Part shown: piece after piece, positions 21,087-29,676 of the stretch
Layout of the letters: each line of letters opens with the position of its first letter
How positions within the stretch are numbered: position 1 is the first letter of the stretch
Source of the DNA: Candidatus Brocadia sp.
GTDB taxonomy: Bacteria > Planctomycetota > Brocadiia > Brocadiales > Brocadiaceae
Length of the DNA stretch: 32,000 nucleotides
Direction: 5' to 3'
Assembly (NCBI GenBank): GCA_021650915.1
Contig: CP091279.1
Location: forward strand, 2,490,001 to 2,522,000
Notes under the pieces: model-generated
What the model was told of the DNA's origin: nothing
Database searches by the model: none
Seen by the model: the letters and a program-made list of their open reading frames with translations, nothing else
Made by a program: the position numbers and the translations under genes

Positions 21087-24000
21087 TCAGGTTTTACCAG
21101 ACTTTTTGCTCACCTTCAAATTCATTATCTCCCGGTATTTCTTCAGCCTGGTATCCTGTTCCAGTCTGAATCTGAGCGGCTGATGCCCCCTTCGGCACAT
21201 GGTGGAAAATTCACACCACTCGCATTTTTGGGTATCTTCCCCCGGTGAAACCGGGAAGATGCCTTCGCGAATGATCTTCAGAAATTCCCACAGGGTCTCC
21301 CGGTACTGTTCCTTGCAGTCCATCCATTCGTTGCTGCTGATGGTCTTCATGTGCGGGGATATCTGTCCCGTCTTTTCCTCCTTATGCTCTGCAACATACA
21401 CAAAGGATGCCTCGTCCATTTTGGTTTGCCCCTGAGGAATGCGGCCATTCCTGATTTCCCCGGCTATCACCTCTTCCGCCATGATGATATAAAAGGGGAG
21501 TTGTAATCGTTGTCCCCGGATAGCCGCCCTCGCGAGGTCTTCCCTGAAAAATCTTCCGGATTTGTAGTCGATTACCCGGTAACTCGCCGTGTCTCCTGTT
21601 GGTTTCATATCTATGCGATCGATCTTTCCCCTGAATGTTATCATTGCAGGATCGCCCTGTTTGGAATGCCCAGGAACGGGTTTGAGCAGGTCATTTTGTA
21701 TACGAAGCTTTACCGTCTTTTCCAGGCACGTGGGGATAAAACCCGATTTCCCGATCTGTTCCAGGTCCCACGTTACGAACCTTGTCAACAGGGCGAGGAT
21801 CTCCTCTTTTTCAACTTCCCAGACGATCGGGTAGAGAATCGGCATCTGCCGTTCTATCTCAGCAAAATATTTTTGGACGATACCCTGCAGCAGTTCGATA
21901 GGGTCTCGTTCCTTTGTTTTTGTGGTAAAATATCCCTTCTCCATCAGAATGTGGTAAAAATCTCTCAGTATGCTGTGATACAGGGTACCGAGGTCCACGG
22001 ATGCTATCATCTCTGCCGTTTCCGACTCTTCAAGGGATTCCAGCTCAAGGATCCTGCCCATAAAAAACCGGAACGGACACGCTCCGAAGGTCTCTAACGC
22101 GGTTGGGCTAAAGCCGCGACGTGCCGCCGCATCCCACCACGGAGTCATATCACCAACAACCCCATCATACGAGGTCAATCGGGGATGGTAACCTTCAATT
22201 AACCCCAGGGCCGAGTGTGAGCGATCAAAGAGATGCCGATCGATTTTGAAGGCCTCCAAAACGTGTGCGGGATTGATCCGATCGAGCGCCATCCGGATAC
22301 CAATCTCCTTCGGCGTCAGCAATGAAATTTCCTGCTTGCAGAGCTTTTCCTTAATGCTGCGCGAAACGTACATTTCGCCTCCCGCCCTTTCCCCGGATTC
22401 CTTGCTGGAGGGCAATCTTTCTTTCATCGTTTGAATAATATCCATGAGATAATGGGATTGAACCCTGGGCTTTCCCGCCTCGTCTGAACGTTCGTAGAGG
22501 AGGTAGAGTCGTTCTCTTGCTGCGTTTAACAGAAAGGAGAAGAGCAGACGCTCTTCCTCAAAACCCCGAAGCTTTTCGGGAAGAACATTTCCCAGCACCT
22601 CGGATAACCTGCGCCGAACGTGGTCCCGCAGGAAGGGCTCTTCAGAAATGGCACGGGGAAACACTTTTTCATTAAGACCCAGCACAAACAAGGCGCGGAA
22701 GGGAATACCCCGGGCAGACATAGCATCCAGCACCTTCACCCCTCTGCCATTTTTCAGCCCCATGGGCAAGGATTCCTGACGGCAGGCGTCTAAGAAGGTG
22801 TCGATATATTGGTCTCGTGTTACCTCTTCACCCAGACAGTCAAGGATGTCCAACGTTCGCAATAACCCCCCTATTTTATCCAGTATCAGGAGGTCTCTTT
22901 CGTGATCGTCAGGATGCATGCCATCAGAGGGAACATGGATATAGTCCCGGAGAAGTTGAGCTATCTTTTGGCCCAGAATCGTCCACGATGCCCTTTCAGG
23001 AAGGGATGACAGGTCATGTGATAGGGTGGTGAGGATATTTTCCAGGCATTCAATTTGAGCTGCAGGAACGGGGATGTGCCTTCCGGCTTCTTCGTTATCG
23101 GAAAATAGATTTGCATCCTCTTCCGAAGGTGGGACAAGAGGTGGAGGAGTATCGCTATCGCCTGTTGTGCGTCCCTGCAACATATCTTTTGCCTGCGCAA
23201 GCCGTGCTAACCAGCACGAGATACCACCGCGAATCCTCAGTCTTCTGCTCAGCATGTCCCAAAGATCAGGACGCGGGACAAACCCCAGGTAATCGACTCC
23301 TGGCGTTTTGAAGTAAGGCGAACTCAGTAATTCGATGACCATGGGACGGTAAAAATCTTCCCTCATCAGTTGAAGCATTTGCTGGATGATCTTTACCAGC
23401 GGATATCTTCCGATGGATTCCTGCATGCTGGTCATAAAGGGGATACCATTTTCATAAAATATCTTCTTGATGGCATTGGCGTAGGAATTGGGTAACCTTG
23501 CAACCACGCCGATTTCCTCCATCTTATACCCTTCCGCCGTGAGTTTAAGGATCTCCTTGGCTACCGTCCAGACTTCATCCCTTTTGCCAGACACGTTGAT
23601 AATAACGGGTTTCGGATTTCGGGTTTCAGGTTGTGAGTGGCAAAGCTTCTGTTGGCCGCCTGACTTTTCTCCCGCAACTTGTGGCCCAGAAGCCCTCACA
23701 CGGCTATCTTCTAACGGAGAATCAATCAGGAAGGAGAATCCCGTTTCCTGATCTGCAGCAAGTTCCTCCATATCATGCGCCATGCCCAGCACGAACGATT
23801 CGAAAAAGGGTTTTACGTAGGCAAAGGCAGGGTGTTTTTTCCGGTACGGCAGAAACAGGATCGTTGGGTGATATTTGAATATTTCTCCGAAAAAATCCTG
23901 TTCAACGCCCGTAAGGTCATAAAATCCATACGCCAGAATGTGCTGAAACCCCCTCAGAAAGACAGAGTCAGGCACGCATTCCGCGGCCATGCGATAGACA

Positions 24001-24539
24001 TCCGCATAGTGGGATATATTCAGGGTTTTTACCTTCTGCCTGAACGTGTCAAAGAGTTGCATGATTCCGTAAAGTTTCCGTATCTCCACCCCTTCAACAA
24101 ACCCTTCCCGAATGGCCTCCTGCATGACATCTAGGTGAACGTTTGCATCGTTCAGATCCTGAATAACCTGGAAGATGGCCTTGGAGAGGGCTGGCAGGGA
24201 CAGTACGTTCTGAAAAGGAGACGCTTGTGGCATCTGCTGTTTTAGCAATCCCGCGATGACGCTTTCATAAATAACTGCTTGTTGGATAATCCGACCGGTA
24301 TCTACCCCTGACTGCCTGCATATCTCTTTTGCAAGGGTAAAGAAGTTCATCCATACGATATTCAGAAATGCGGCGTCATTCCTCTGAGCGAGCCGTTCCT
24401 GAAGCCGGCGCAGCATCCAGTTTGTGGGCGCCACAACGGCAAGAGGCGCTAATGGGCCATTCCTTTTTAGCGTCTGTATCGTTTCCACGAATGAATCTTC
24501 AAGCGATGGGTGATAGGGTCCTAACTTGACGGATAACAT
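21087..24539 (-). CDS. AddB-like PD-(D/E)XK nuclease with an inactivated helicase-like N-terminal region
   Basis: The C-terminus has FGACPFRFF, then VIDYKSG, then CEWCEFSTMC (CxxCx5C), which is the iron-staple nuclease layout of AddB/Cas4. The N-terminus aligns to AddB but has GPYHPSLEDS where the Walker A motif would be. Confidence 0.75.
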   Translation of the reverse strand: MLSVKLGPYHPSLEDSFVETIQTLKRNGPLAPLAVVAPTNWMLRRLQERLAQRNDAAFLNIVWMNFFTLAKEICRQSGVDTGRIIQQAVIYESVIAGLLKQQMPQASPFQNVLSLPALSKAIFQVIQDLNDANVHLDVMQEAIREGFVEGVEIRKLYGIMQLFDTFRQKVKTLNISHYADVYRMAAECVPDSVFLRGFQHILAYGFYDLTGVEQDFFGEIFKYHPTILFLPYRKKHPAFAYVKPFFESFVLGMAHDMEELAADQETGFSFLIDSPLEDSRVRASGPQVAGEKSGGQQKLCHSQPETRNPKPVIINVSGKRDEVWTVAKEILKLTAEGYKMEEIGVVARLPNSYANAIKKIFYENGIPFMTSMQESIGRYPLVKIIQQMLQLMREDFYRPMVIELLSSPYFKTPGVDYLGFVPRPDLWDMLSRRLRIRGGISCWLARLAQAKDMLQGRTTGDSDTPPPLVPPSEEDANLFSDNEEAGRHIPVPAAQIECLENILTTLSHDLSSLPERASWTILGQKIAQLLRDYIHVPSDGMHPDDHERDLLILDKIGGLLRTLDILDCLGEEVTRDQYIDTFLDACRQESLPMGLKNGRGVKVLDAMSARGIPFRALFVLGLNEKVFPRAISEEPFLRDHVRRRLSEVLGNVLPEKLRGFEEERLLFSFLLNAARERLYLLYERSDEAGKPRVQSHYLMDIIQTMKERLPSSKESGERAGGEMYVSRSIKEKLCKQEISLLTPKEIGIRMALDRINPAHVLEAFKIDRHLFDRSHSALGLIEGYHPRLTSYDGVVGDMTPWWDAAARRGFSPTALETFGACPFRFFMGRILELESLEESETAEMIASVDLGTLYHSILRDFYHILMEKGYFTTKTKERDPIELLQGIVQKYFAEIERQMPILYPIVWEVEKEEILALLTRFVTWDLEQIGKSGFIPTCLEKTVKLRIQNDLLKPVPGHSKQGDPAMITFRGKIDRIDMKPTGDTASYRVIDYKSGRFFREDLARAAIRGQRLQLPFYIIMAEEVIAGEIRNGRIPQGQTKMDEASFVYVAEHKEEKTGQISPHMKTISSNEWMDCKEQYRETLWEFLKIIREGIFPVSPGEDTQKCEWCEFSTMCRRGHQPLRFRLEQDTRLKKYREIMNLKVSKKSGKT

Positions 24540-25030
24540 TGTCGTAAGTCCTGGTAAAAACCATGAAATCAGGAGCTCGAAATAATTTCAACACTACCAA
24601 TTTCAGTCACGTGATATAAGAATATGTTTTGGCCTTCGGGTAAAATCATCAGTTTGAAATTCCTAAACATATTTTTAACACAACAGGGCAAAATATCAAA
24701 AGTAAAGAATCCACCCGCGGAGCAGGTGGCTTTGGGTTAACCCCTAAAAGGGGATAAGTTTGCCATTTGTACTCATTACGCAAACTGTAAGTAATTCCCG
24801 TGGTGTGTAGAACTAACTGCGATTCGTTTTCATGCAACCAAAATGCTTCTTTGAGATATGAGCGGTAAGCCTATTTGTATTTTCAACGTTTTATACTCAA
24901 AATTGAACATCTCTTTGAGAAAATACCGGCATGGCGAAAACCAGTTCCGTCATACTTATCGAAGGGGATAACTGGCATAGCCGTTGTTCTCTGACCACGC
25001 CCACAGGACGTGGTTTTCTACATTACTAAT

Positions 25031-25066
25031 AAAAAAGCCATGTGATTTTTACATCACATGGCTTTT
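25031..25066 (-). terminator. Rho-independent terminator downstream of the tRNA pair (bidirectional in shape)
   Basis: The stem is gccatgtgat / atcacatggc (25037-25046 / 25053-25062). On the minus strand it is followed by TTTTTTATT. Confidence 0.7.
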
Positions 25067-25077
25067 CCTTATAAATA

Positions 25078-25152
25078 TGACCCCATGGGGATTTGAACCC
25101 CAGTTCACAGATCGAAAATCTGTTGTCCTAGACCAGGCTAGACGATGGGGCC
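25078..25152 (-). tRNA. tRNA-Glu (anticodon UUC)
   Basis: The minus strand reads GGCCCCATCGTCTAGCCTGGTCTAGGACAACAGATTTTCGATCTGTGAACTGGGGTTCAAATCCCCATGGGGTCA. I folded the cloverleaf by hand. The anticodon loop is TTTTCGA, and no CCA is encoded. Confidence 0.9.
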
Positions 25153-25287
25153 ATGAAACGGCAACCTGACATTTCCCACTGACCCTGAACAAAAAATCAC
25201 TTCGGCGCCTTCTTATAAAACCGCTTTTTTCACTCCTTATTTTTTAGAGATGTTCGTATCTTTGAATTATAAACTGCCTTACAATGA

Positions 25288-25360
25288 TGAGGGCAGATGG
25301 ACTCGAACCATCGACGCCCGCCTTAAAAGGGCGGTGCTCTACCAACTGAGCTATGCCCCC
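25288..25360 (-). tRNA. tRNA-Lys (anticodon UUU)
   Basis: The minus strand reads GGGGGCATAGCTCAGTTGGTAGAGCACCGCCCTTTTAAGGCGGGCGTCGATGGTTCGAGTCCATCTGCCCTCA. The anticodon loop is CTTTTAA. Confidence 0.9.
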
Positions 25361-25433
25361 ATTACATCTCATCCGCTTCTCATTTTACGGGAAGAATATG
25401 TATTTATGCTCTTTCGCTGTCTGAATTCCACAC

Positions 25434-25994
25434 CTATACCTTGAGTATCTCTTCTATCTTCTTCTTTACCGAATCGTTCAGTTTACTTTCATATTCGTGG
25501 ATAATTTTTTGGATCTCGTCCTTGGCCCGTTTGGCGTCATCTTCGGCCAAAACGCTCTCTTTTTGTTCCTTATCCACCTGTTTGTTTGCGTCATGTCTGA
25601 CATTTCTCAGCGATATCTTCGCTGTCTCCCCAAACTCTTTTGCGTGGGTGGAAAGCTTCTTTCTTCGTTCCTCGTTGAGCGGCGGAATCTGGATACGCAA
25701 AAGCTTCCCGTCGACCGACGGGGTCAAACCCACATCGGACTGCAATATCGCCTTTTCAATATTTGAAACAATGGAAGCATCGTACGGTTTAATCAGAATA
25801 GACTGAGCATCCGGAGTTGAAATGACCGCAACCTGCTTCAATGGAGAGAGGTTGCCGTAACACTCTACCCGTATATTTTCCACGAGACCGGTACTTGCCC
25901 TGCCGGTTCTCAGCCCCTTCAGCTCCTCCTGCAGGTGTGCAGCAATCTTTTCCATTTTTGTTCTTGCTTCTTTACATATGAAATCTTTTGTCAT
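25434..25994 (-). CDS. frr: Ribosome recycling factor
   Basis: 186 aa. LRTGRASTGLVENIRVECYG..PLKQVA and LNEERRKKL..AK.FGE.AKISLRNVRHDANK are RRF hallmarks. Confidence 0.95.
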   Translation of the reverse strand: MTKDFICKEARTKMEKIAAHLQEELKGLRTGRASTGLVENIRVECYGNLSPLKQVAVISTPDAQSILIKPYDASIVSNIEKAILQSDVGLTPSVDGKLLRIQIPPLNEERRKKLSTHAKEFGETAKISLRNVRHDANKQVDKEQKESVLAEDDAKRAKDEIQKIIHEYESKLNDSVKKKIEEILKV

Positions 25995-26000
25995 ATCACG

Positions 26001-26720
26001 TTATTCCCCGATATACGTTCCAACCGCTTTTCCTGAAATTGCCTTTCCAATGTTTTCATATTTATTGATATTGAAAACAATGATTGGCAATTTATTTTCC
26101 ATACTCAAGGAAATCGCTGTGAGGTCCATCACTCCCAGCCGTTTGTTCAGGACGTCCATATAACTCAGTTTTTTATATAATGTTGCAGATGCGTTTTTTA
26201 CCGGATCATCCGTATATACACCGTCAACCTGTGTGGCCTTTAACATGACATCCGCCCCAATTTCAACCGCCCGAAGGGCCGCTGCAGTATCGGTGGTAAA
26301 ATAAGGGTTCCCGGTCCCGCCGGCAAAGATAACCACCTTCTTTTCCTGTAAGTACTGTAAACAATTTCGCAATACGAAGGGTTCGGTTATATTGGCAATC
26401 TCTATGGCACTGACGACGCGGGCGCTAATATCAAATCTTTCTAAGGTATCCTGCAGGAGAAGCGCATTAACAGCGGTTGCAATCATGCCGACATGGTCTG
26501 CCTGCACCCTCGATTTGCCCCTACCGCCGAATTTGGCGCCGCGGAGGATATTACCACCTCCAACAACAATCGCCAGCTCGACCCCCGTCCGGGAAAGTTT
26601 CTGAATCTCTTTCGCCAGGGCAACAAACCGTTCCATCTCAAGCCCATGCCCGTCATCATCTCCAAAACCTTCGCCGCTCAATTTTAACAACACACGTTTA
26701 TAGTGACGCGCTCTTTTCAT
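26001..26720 (-). CDS. pyrH: Uridylate (UMP) kinase
   Basis: YKRVLLKLSGE, VVGGGNILRG and FAGGTGNPYFTTDTAAALRA are PyrH motifs. I prefer the ATG at 26720 (MKRARHYKR...), because the track start at 26780 would overlap tsf by 29 nt. Confidence 0.9.
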   Translation of the reverse strand: MKRARHYKRVLLKLSGEGFGDDDGHGLEMERFVALAKEIQKLSRTGVELAIVVGGGNILRGAKFGGRGKSRVQADHVGMIATAVNALLLQDTLERFDISARVVSAIEIANITEPFVLRNCLQYLQEKKVVIFAGGTGNPYFTTDTAAALRAVEIGADVMLKATQVDGVYTDDPVKNASATLYKKLSYMDVLNKRLGVMDLTAISLSMENKLPIIVFNINKYENIGKAISGKAVGTYIGE

Positions 26721-26751
26721 GGACGACGCGACAGAACAATAGCTGCGGCGG

Positions 26752-27339
26752 TTAGCATTCTCCCACCTCAAACCTGACAAAACGGTTAACTTTGATATTT
26801 TCCCCTATTTTTGCGATATTTGCAACTAATAAATCCTGGATCGTCTGCGTATTGTCTTTTATGAAGGGTTGTTCCATCAGGCATTTCTCTTTATAAAAAC
26901 TATCCATTTTTCCGCTGGTAATTTTCTCCAGAATATGCGCGGGTTTTCCCTTCGCCTCTTCATTGAATATCTTTTTTTGCTCTTCGACAAGATGTCCGGG
27001 AATATCCTCTCTTTTTACGGCAAGCGGTTTTGTGGCGGCTACCTGCATGCAAATATCCTTCAGTAATTGCTGAAAGACCTCATTCTTTGCCACAAAATCG
27101 GTTTCACAGTTCAGCTCTACCATTACTCCGAGCTTGCCATTCGTGTGGATATAAGTGCCAATTCTGCCTTCCGCAGTCACTCGCTGCTCTTTTTTTGCAG
27201 CCTTGGCAATGCCCTTCTTTTTGATAATTTCCAGGGCCTTTTCAAAATCCCCTTTGACCTCATCTAAGGCGTTTCTGCACTCTAATATTCCTGCGCCTGT
27301 CTGCTCTCTCAACTTCATGATACTCGCTGTATCCGCCAC
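26752..27339 (-). CDS. tsf: Elongation factor Ts (short form)
   Basis: It has the UBA-like N-terminus IMKLREQTGAGILECRNAL and then GVMVELNCETDFVAKN. The GTG start has GGAGGA 5 nt upstream. Confidence 0.95.
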   Translation of the reverse strand: MADTASIMKLREQTGAGILECRNALDEVKGDFEKALEIIKKKGIAKAAKKEQRVTAEGRIGTYIHTNGKLGVMVELNCETDFVAKNEVFQQLLKDICMQVAATKPLAVKREDIPGHLVEEQKKIFNEEAKGKPAHILEKITSGKMDSFYKEKCLMEQPFIKDNTQTIQDLLVANIAKIGENIKVNRFVRFEVGEC

Positions 27340-27542
27340 GAAGATCCTCCACTCTATACGGAAAAGTATAACATATATTATTTTTCAGTTACGACAATTT
27401 CGTTTGCATAAAAACAACTCAAAAACAGAACCCTTTTGAAATGCTCTATAAAGGCGGTAGTCAGGCTTGTAAGGAAGCGGACAAAGACGTTTATCTTTTA
27501 CAGGACTTGGAAGGATTTTACCTTGAACCTTCTGTATTCATG

Positions 27543-28247
27543 TCAAACCTTTGCACCGGCAGTCATGAGTTCTTTTCCAGCCAAAATAGCGCTTGCCGTC
27601 CTTGTCAAAAAGAGATCAATCGACCGGATAGCATCATCGTTTCCCGGGACGCAAATATCGATCACTTCAGGGTCACAATCGGTATCTGCCAGACAAACCG
27701 TAGGAATTCCAAGTTTTTTCGCCTCATTGACAGCATTATGTTCGTGCTTTGGATCAACAATAACCAGCACACCGGGAAGAGAGTTCATATTGCGAATACC
27801 TTCAAGGTTGGTAAGGATCTTTTTCCGTTCCCGGTTCAGAGAAGAAATAGCCTTTTTGCTGAACTGATTAATGCCACCGGTTTTTTCCAGATTTTCCAAT
27901 TCTTCCAGACGTTCTAACCGTTTCCGAATCGTATCAAAATTGGTCAGGGTGCCCCCCAGCCAGCGCTCGCTCACATAAGGCATGCCGCAACGCTGCGCCT
28001 CACGGATCGTTATTTCCCGCGCCTGCCATTTGGTGCCTACAAAAAGCACCTCTCTTCTTGTCTGGGCAAGATTCGTCAAAAACTTACATGCGGTCACAAG
28101 CCCCTTAACCGTCTCGCGTAAATTAATGATGTGAATTAAATTCCTCTTGCCAAAGATAAAGGGCTTCATCTTTGGATTCCACTTGCTGGTCCTGTGACCA
28201 AAATGAAATCCGGCATCCACTAATTCCTGAATACTCACCGTAGACAA
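27543..28247 (-). CDS. rpsB: 30S ribosomal protein S2
   Basis: LVDAGFHFGHRTSKWNPKM..FIFG.RN.IHIINL matches S2. The TTG start has GGAGAGGAG 5 nt upstream. Confidence 0.95.
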   Translation of the reverse strand: MSTVSIQELVDAGFHFGHRTSKWNPKMKPFIFGKRNLIHIINLRETVKGLVTACKFLTNLAQTRREVLFVGTKWQAREITIREAQRCGMPYVSERWLGGTLTNFDTIRKRLERLEELENLEKTGGINQFSKKAISSLNRERKKILTNLEGIRNMNSLPGVLVIVDPKHEHNAVNEAKKLGIPTVCLADTDCDPEVIDICVPGNDDAIRSIDLFLTRTASAILAGKELMTAGAKV

Positions 28248-28375
28248 ATCGGCTCCTCTCCTGTTAATATATAATGAAATGAGACTATACTGTTCAGAAA
28301 GTCTAGAATTATATTACTTATAGAGGAAAAGTCAAGCTTATTTTCATACGAGCAGTCCCGGACGAAAGCGCCCCC

Positions 28376-29272
28376 TCATACCTTCCTTGTCGTTCCTTTT
28401 CTAAACCGTCCGATTTTCAGGTATACACCGATATTCGCGGCGCTGTCCAGGGAAGGAACGATCTTGCCTTCAGCAGAGGTAAGTAAGGTGGTCACGCCGG
28501 GGCCATGTCCCGCCGTTACGCAATTACTGTGAACAATCACGCCAATGCTTACTGAGCCTGTTTTATAAATTCTTCCAAAGGTATGGTCAGCATCCATAAT
28601 CGCAACGATATCACCAAACCGCAGCGATTGTAAATGGTGCTGCTCCACGGTTGGCTTGTCAAAGAGCTGGATATCATAATCTCCCCGATAACAATGCTGA
28701 GACCCCAAACCTGAACCCATGATCGCCGCCGGGATGATATGCGTCACCGGAACGTGCAAGACATGCCTCGTTTTGTCTTCGCGAATGGGTAATGCCTTTA
28801 AGAGACCGGGAGACATATTCAATGGCTTAATATGCTGGTAGCCGGGAAAAGAGAGACCGACTCCGACGCCACGAATGAGTATTTTGTCCCCGATCGCAAG
28901 CTTTTCCAAAGTCCGGTCTTCAAAATCAACCAGCACGTTTTCAATGCCTCCGTGTTTTCCCGTTACGACACCCGTACCGCCTTTTGCATCGCCCGTTATC
29001 ACCCTGGCAAGGTTTCCGATGCAGGACAACAAATTTAATGCGCCGTTCTCCTCCCGGTCCTTGTTTTTAACAGATACGCAGGGTTCTACATGATCAGCCT
29101 CCCACCGGACAGCATTGTCGCCCACCTTGACATTATACGTAATTCCACCAATGCCGGGCAGTACCTTCGGTTTTCCATCAGGGGTTATGCTGTATGGCGA
29201 AGAACCGCTTTGCGGACTCGAGACCTCGCCGATAACCGAAATTTCCACGAGATTCTTTTCGTTGGTTTCCAT
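28376..29272 (-). CDS. Conserved protein of unknown function (DUF4438-like; the family name is from memory)
   Basis: A clean 298-aa ORF with Gly-rich beta-type motifs (GIGGITYNVKVGD, GDAKGGTGVVTGKHGG, IGDKILIRGVGVGL). There are no TM segments and no recognisable catalytic motif. Confidence 0.6.
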   Translation of the reverse strand: METNEKNLVEISVIGEVSSPQSGSSPYSITPDGKPKVLPGIGGITYNVKVGDNAVRWEADHVEPCVSVKNKDREENGALNLLSCIGNLARVITGDAKGGTGVVTGKHGGIENVLVDFEDRTLEKLAIGDKILIRGVGVGLSFPGYQHIKPLNMSPGLLKALPIREDKTRHVLHVPVTHIIPAAIMGSGLGSQHCYRGDYDIQLFDKPTVEQHHLQSLRFGDIVAIMDADHTFGRIYKTGSVSIGVIVHSNCVTAGHGPGVTTLLTSAEGKIVPSLDSAANIGVYLKIGRFRKGTTRKV

Positions 29273-29372
29273 GTCTTTGCCTTTATCTTAAGAGATTGTT
29301 TAACGACAAAATTCAATTGTTGTTCTATCTTTTTTCGTATACCCAACCCGAACGAGTCGGAAAAGAAATACG

Positions 29373-29401
29373 GTAGGGGCAGGTTTCAAACCTGCCCCTA
29401 C
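29373..29401. repeat. REP hairpin, family D (perfect palindrome GTAGGGGCAGGTTT-C-AAACCTGCCCCTAC)
   Basis: A 14-bp perfect stem with GTAG/CTAC ends. Confidence 0.7.
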
Positions 29402-29456
29402 ACAGCGTGAAAAAAACATTTTTGCCGAAAATGTCAAAATATTTTTTTATTAGACA

Positions 29457-29507
29457 CTAAATCCTGCAAATGATTTTCGCTACACGAAAATCATTTGCAG
29501 GATTTAG
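29457..29507. repeat. Perfect 23-bp stem / 5-nt loop hairpin
   Basis: CTAAATCCTGCAAATGATTTTCG-CTACA-CGAAAATCATTTGCAGGATTTAG. It is a single copy in this window. Confidence 0.8.
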
Positions 29508-29676
29508 GTAATATTACAACGGGGGAAACTGAATGCAAGTTTTTTTCCAGTTTTTCTCTGAAGAAAAATGGTTTCAAATAATCCCTGGGTAGAAACTTAA
29601 CCTGCCAATCGCATCTTGCCCTGAAACCTCTTCGCCTACAATACTCCTTCCCATCTCTCGCGTCAGACATACTGCC

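Noticed and set aside
21510-22097. A 195-aa plus-strand ORF, plus several other plus-strand ORFs between 21199 and 24134.
   Set aside because: All are antisense to the 1150-aa AddB-like gene and lack motifs. They are typical shadow ORFs.
24758-24785. A 28-nt CRISPR-repeat-like sequence with palindromic ends (GTTTGCCATTTGTACTCATTACGCAAAC).
   Set aside because: It is a single copy with no array and no nearby cas genes.
24984-25444. Track ORFs 24984-25169 and 25250-25444.
   Set aside because: They overlap tRNA-Glu and tRNA-Lys on the opposite strand and are spurious.
26721-26780. A longer pyrH start (MSGLRWENANRR...).
   Set aside because: It would overlap tsf by 29 nt and add 20 non-conserved residues. 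MKRARHYKRVLLKLSGE matches the usual PyrH N-terminus. This remains a possible alternative.
27436-27917. Plus-strand ORFs of 143 and 158 aa.
   Set aside because: They are antisense to rpsB, which is unambiguous.
29457-29507. The 23-bp hairpin, considered as the intrinsic terminator of arcC.
   Set aside because: No U-tract follows it on either strand, and it lies 170 nt from the stop codon. It is kept as an unexplained structure instead.
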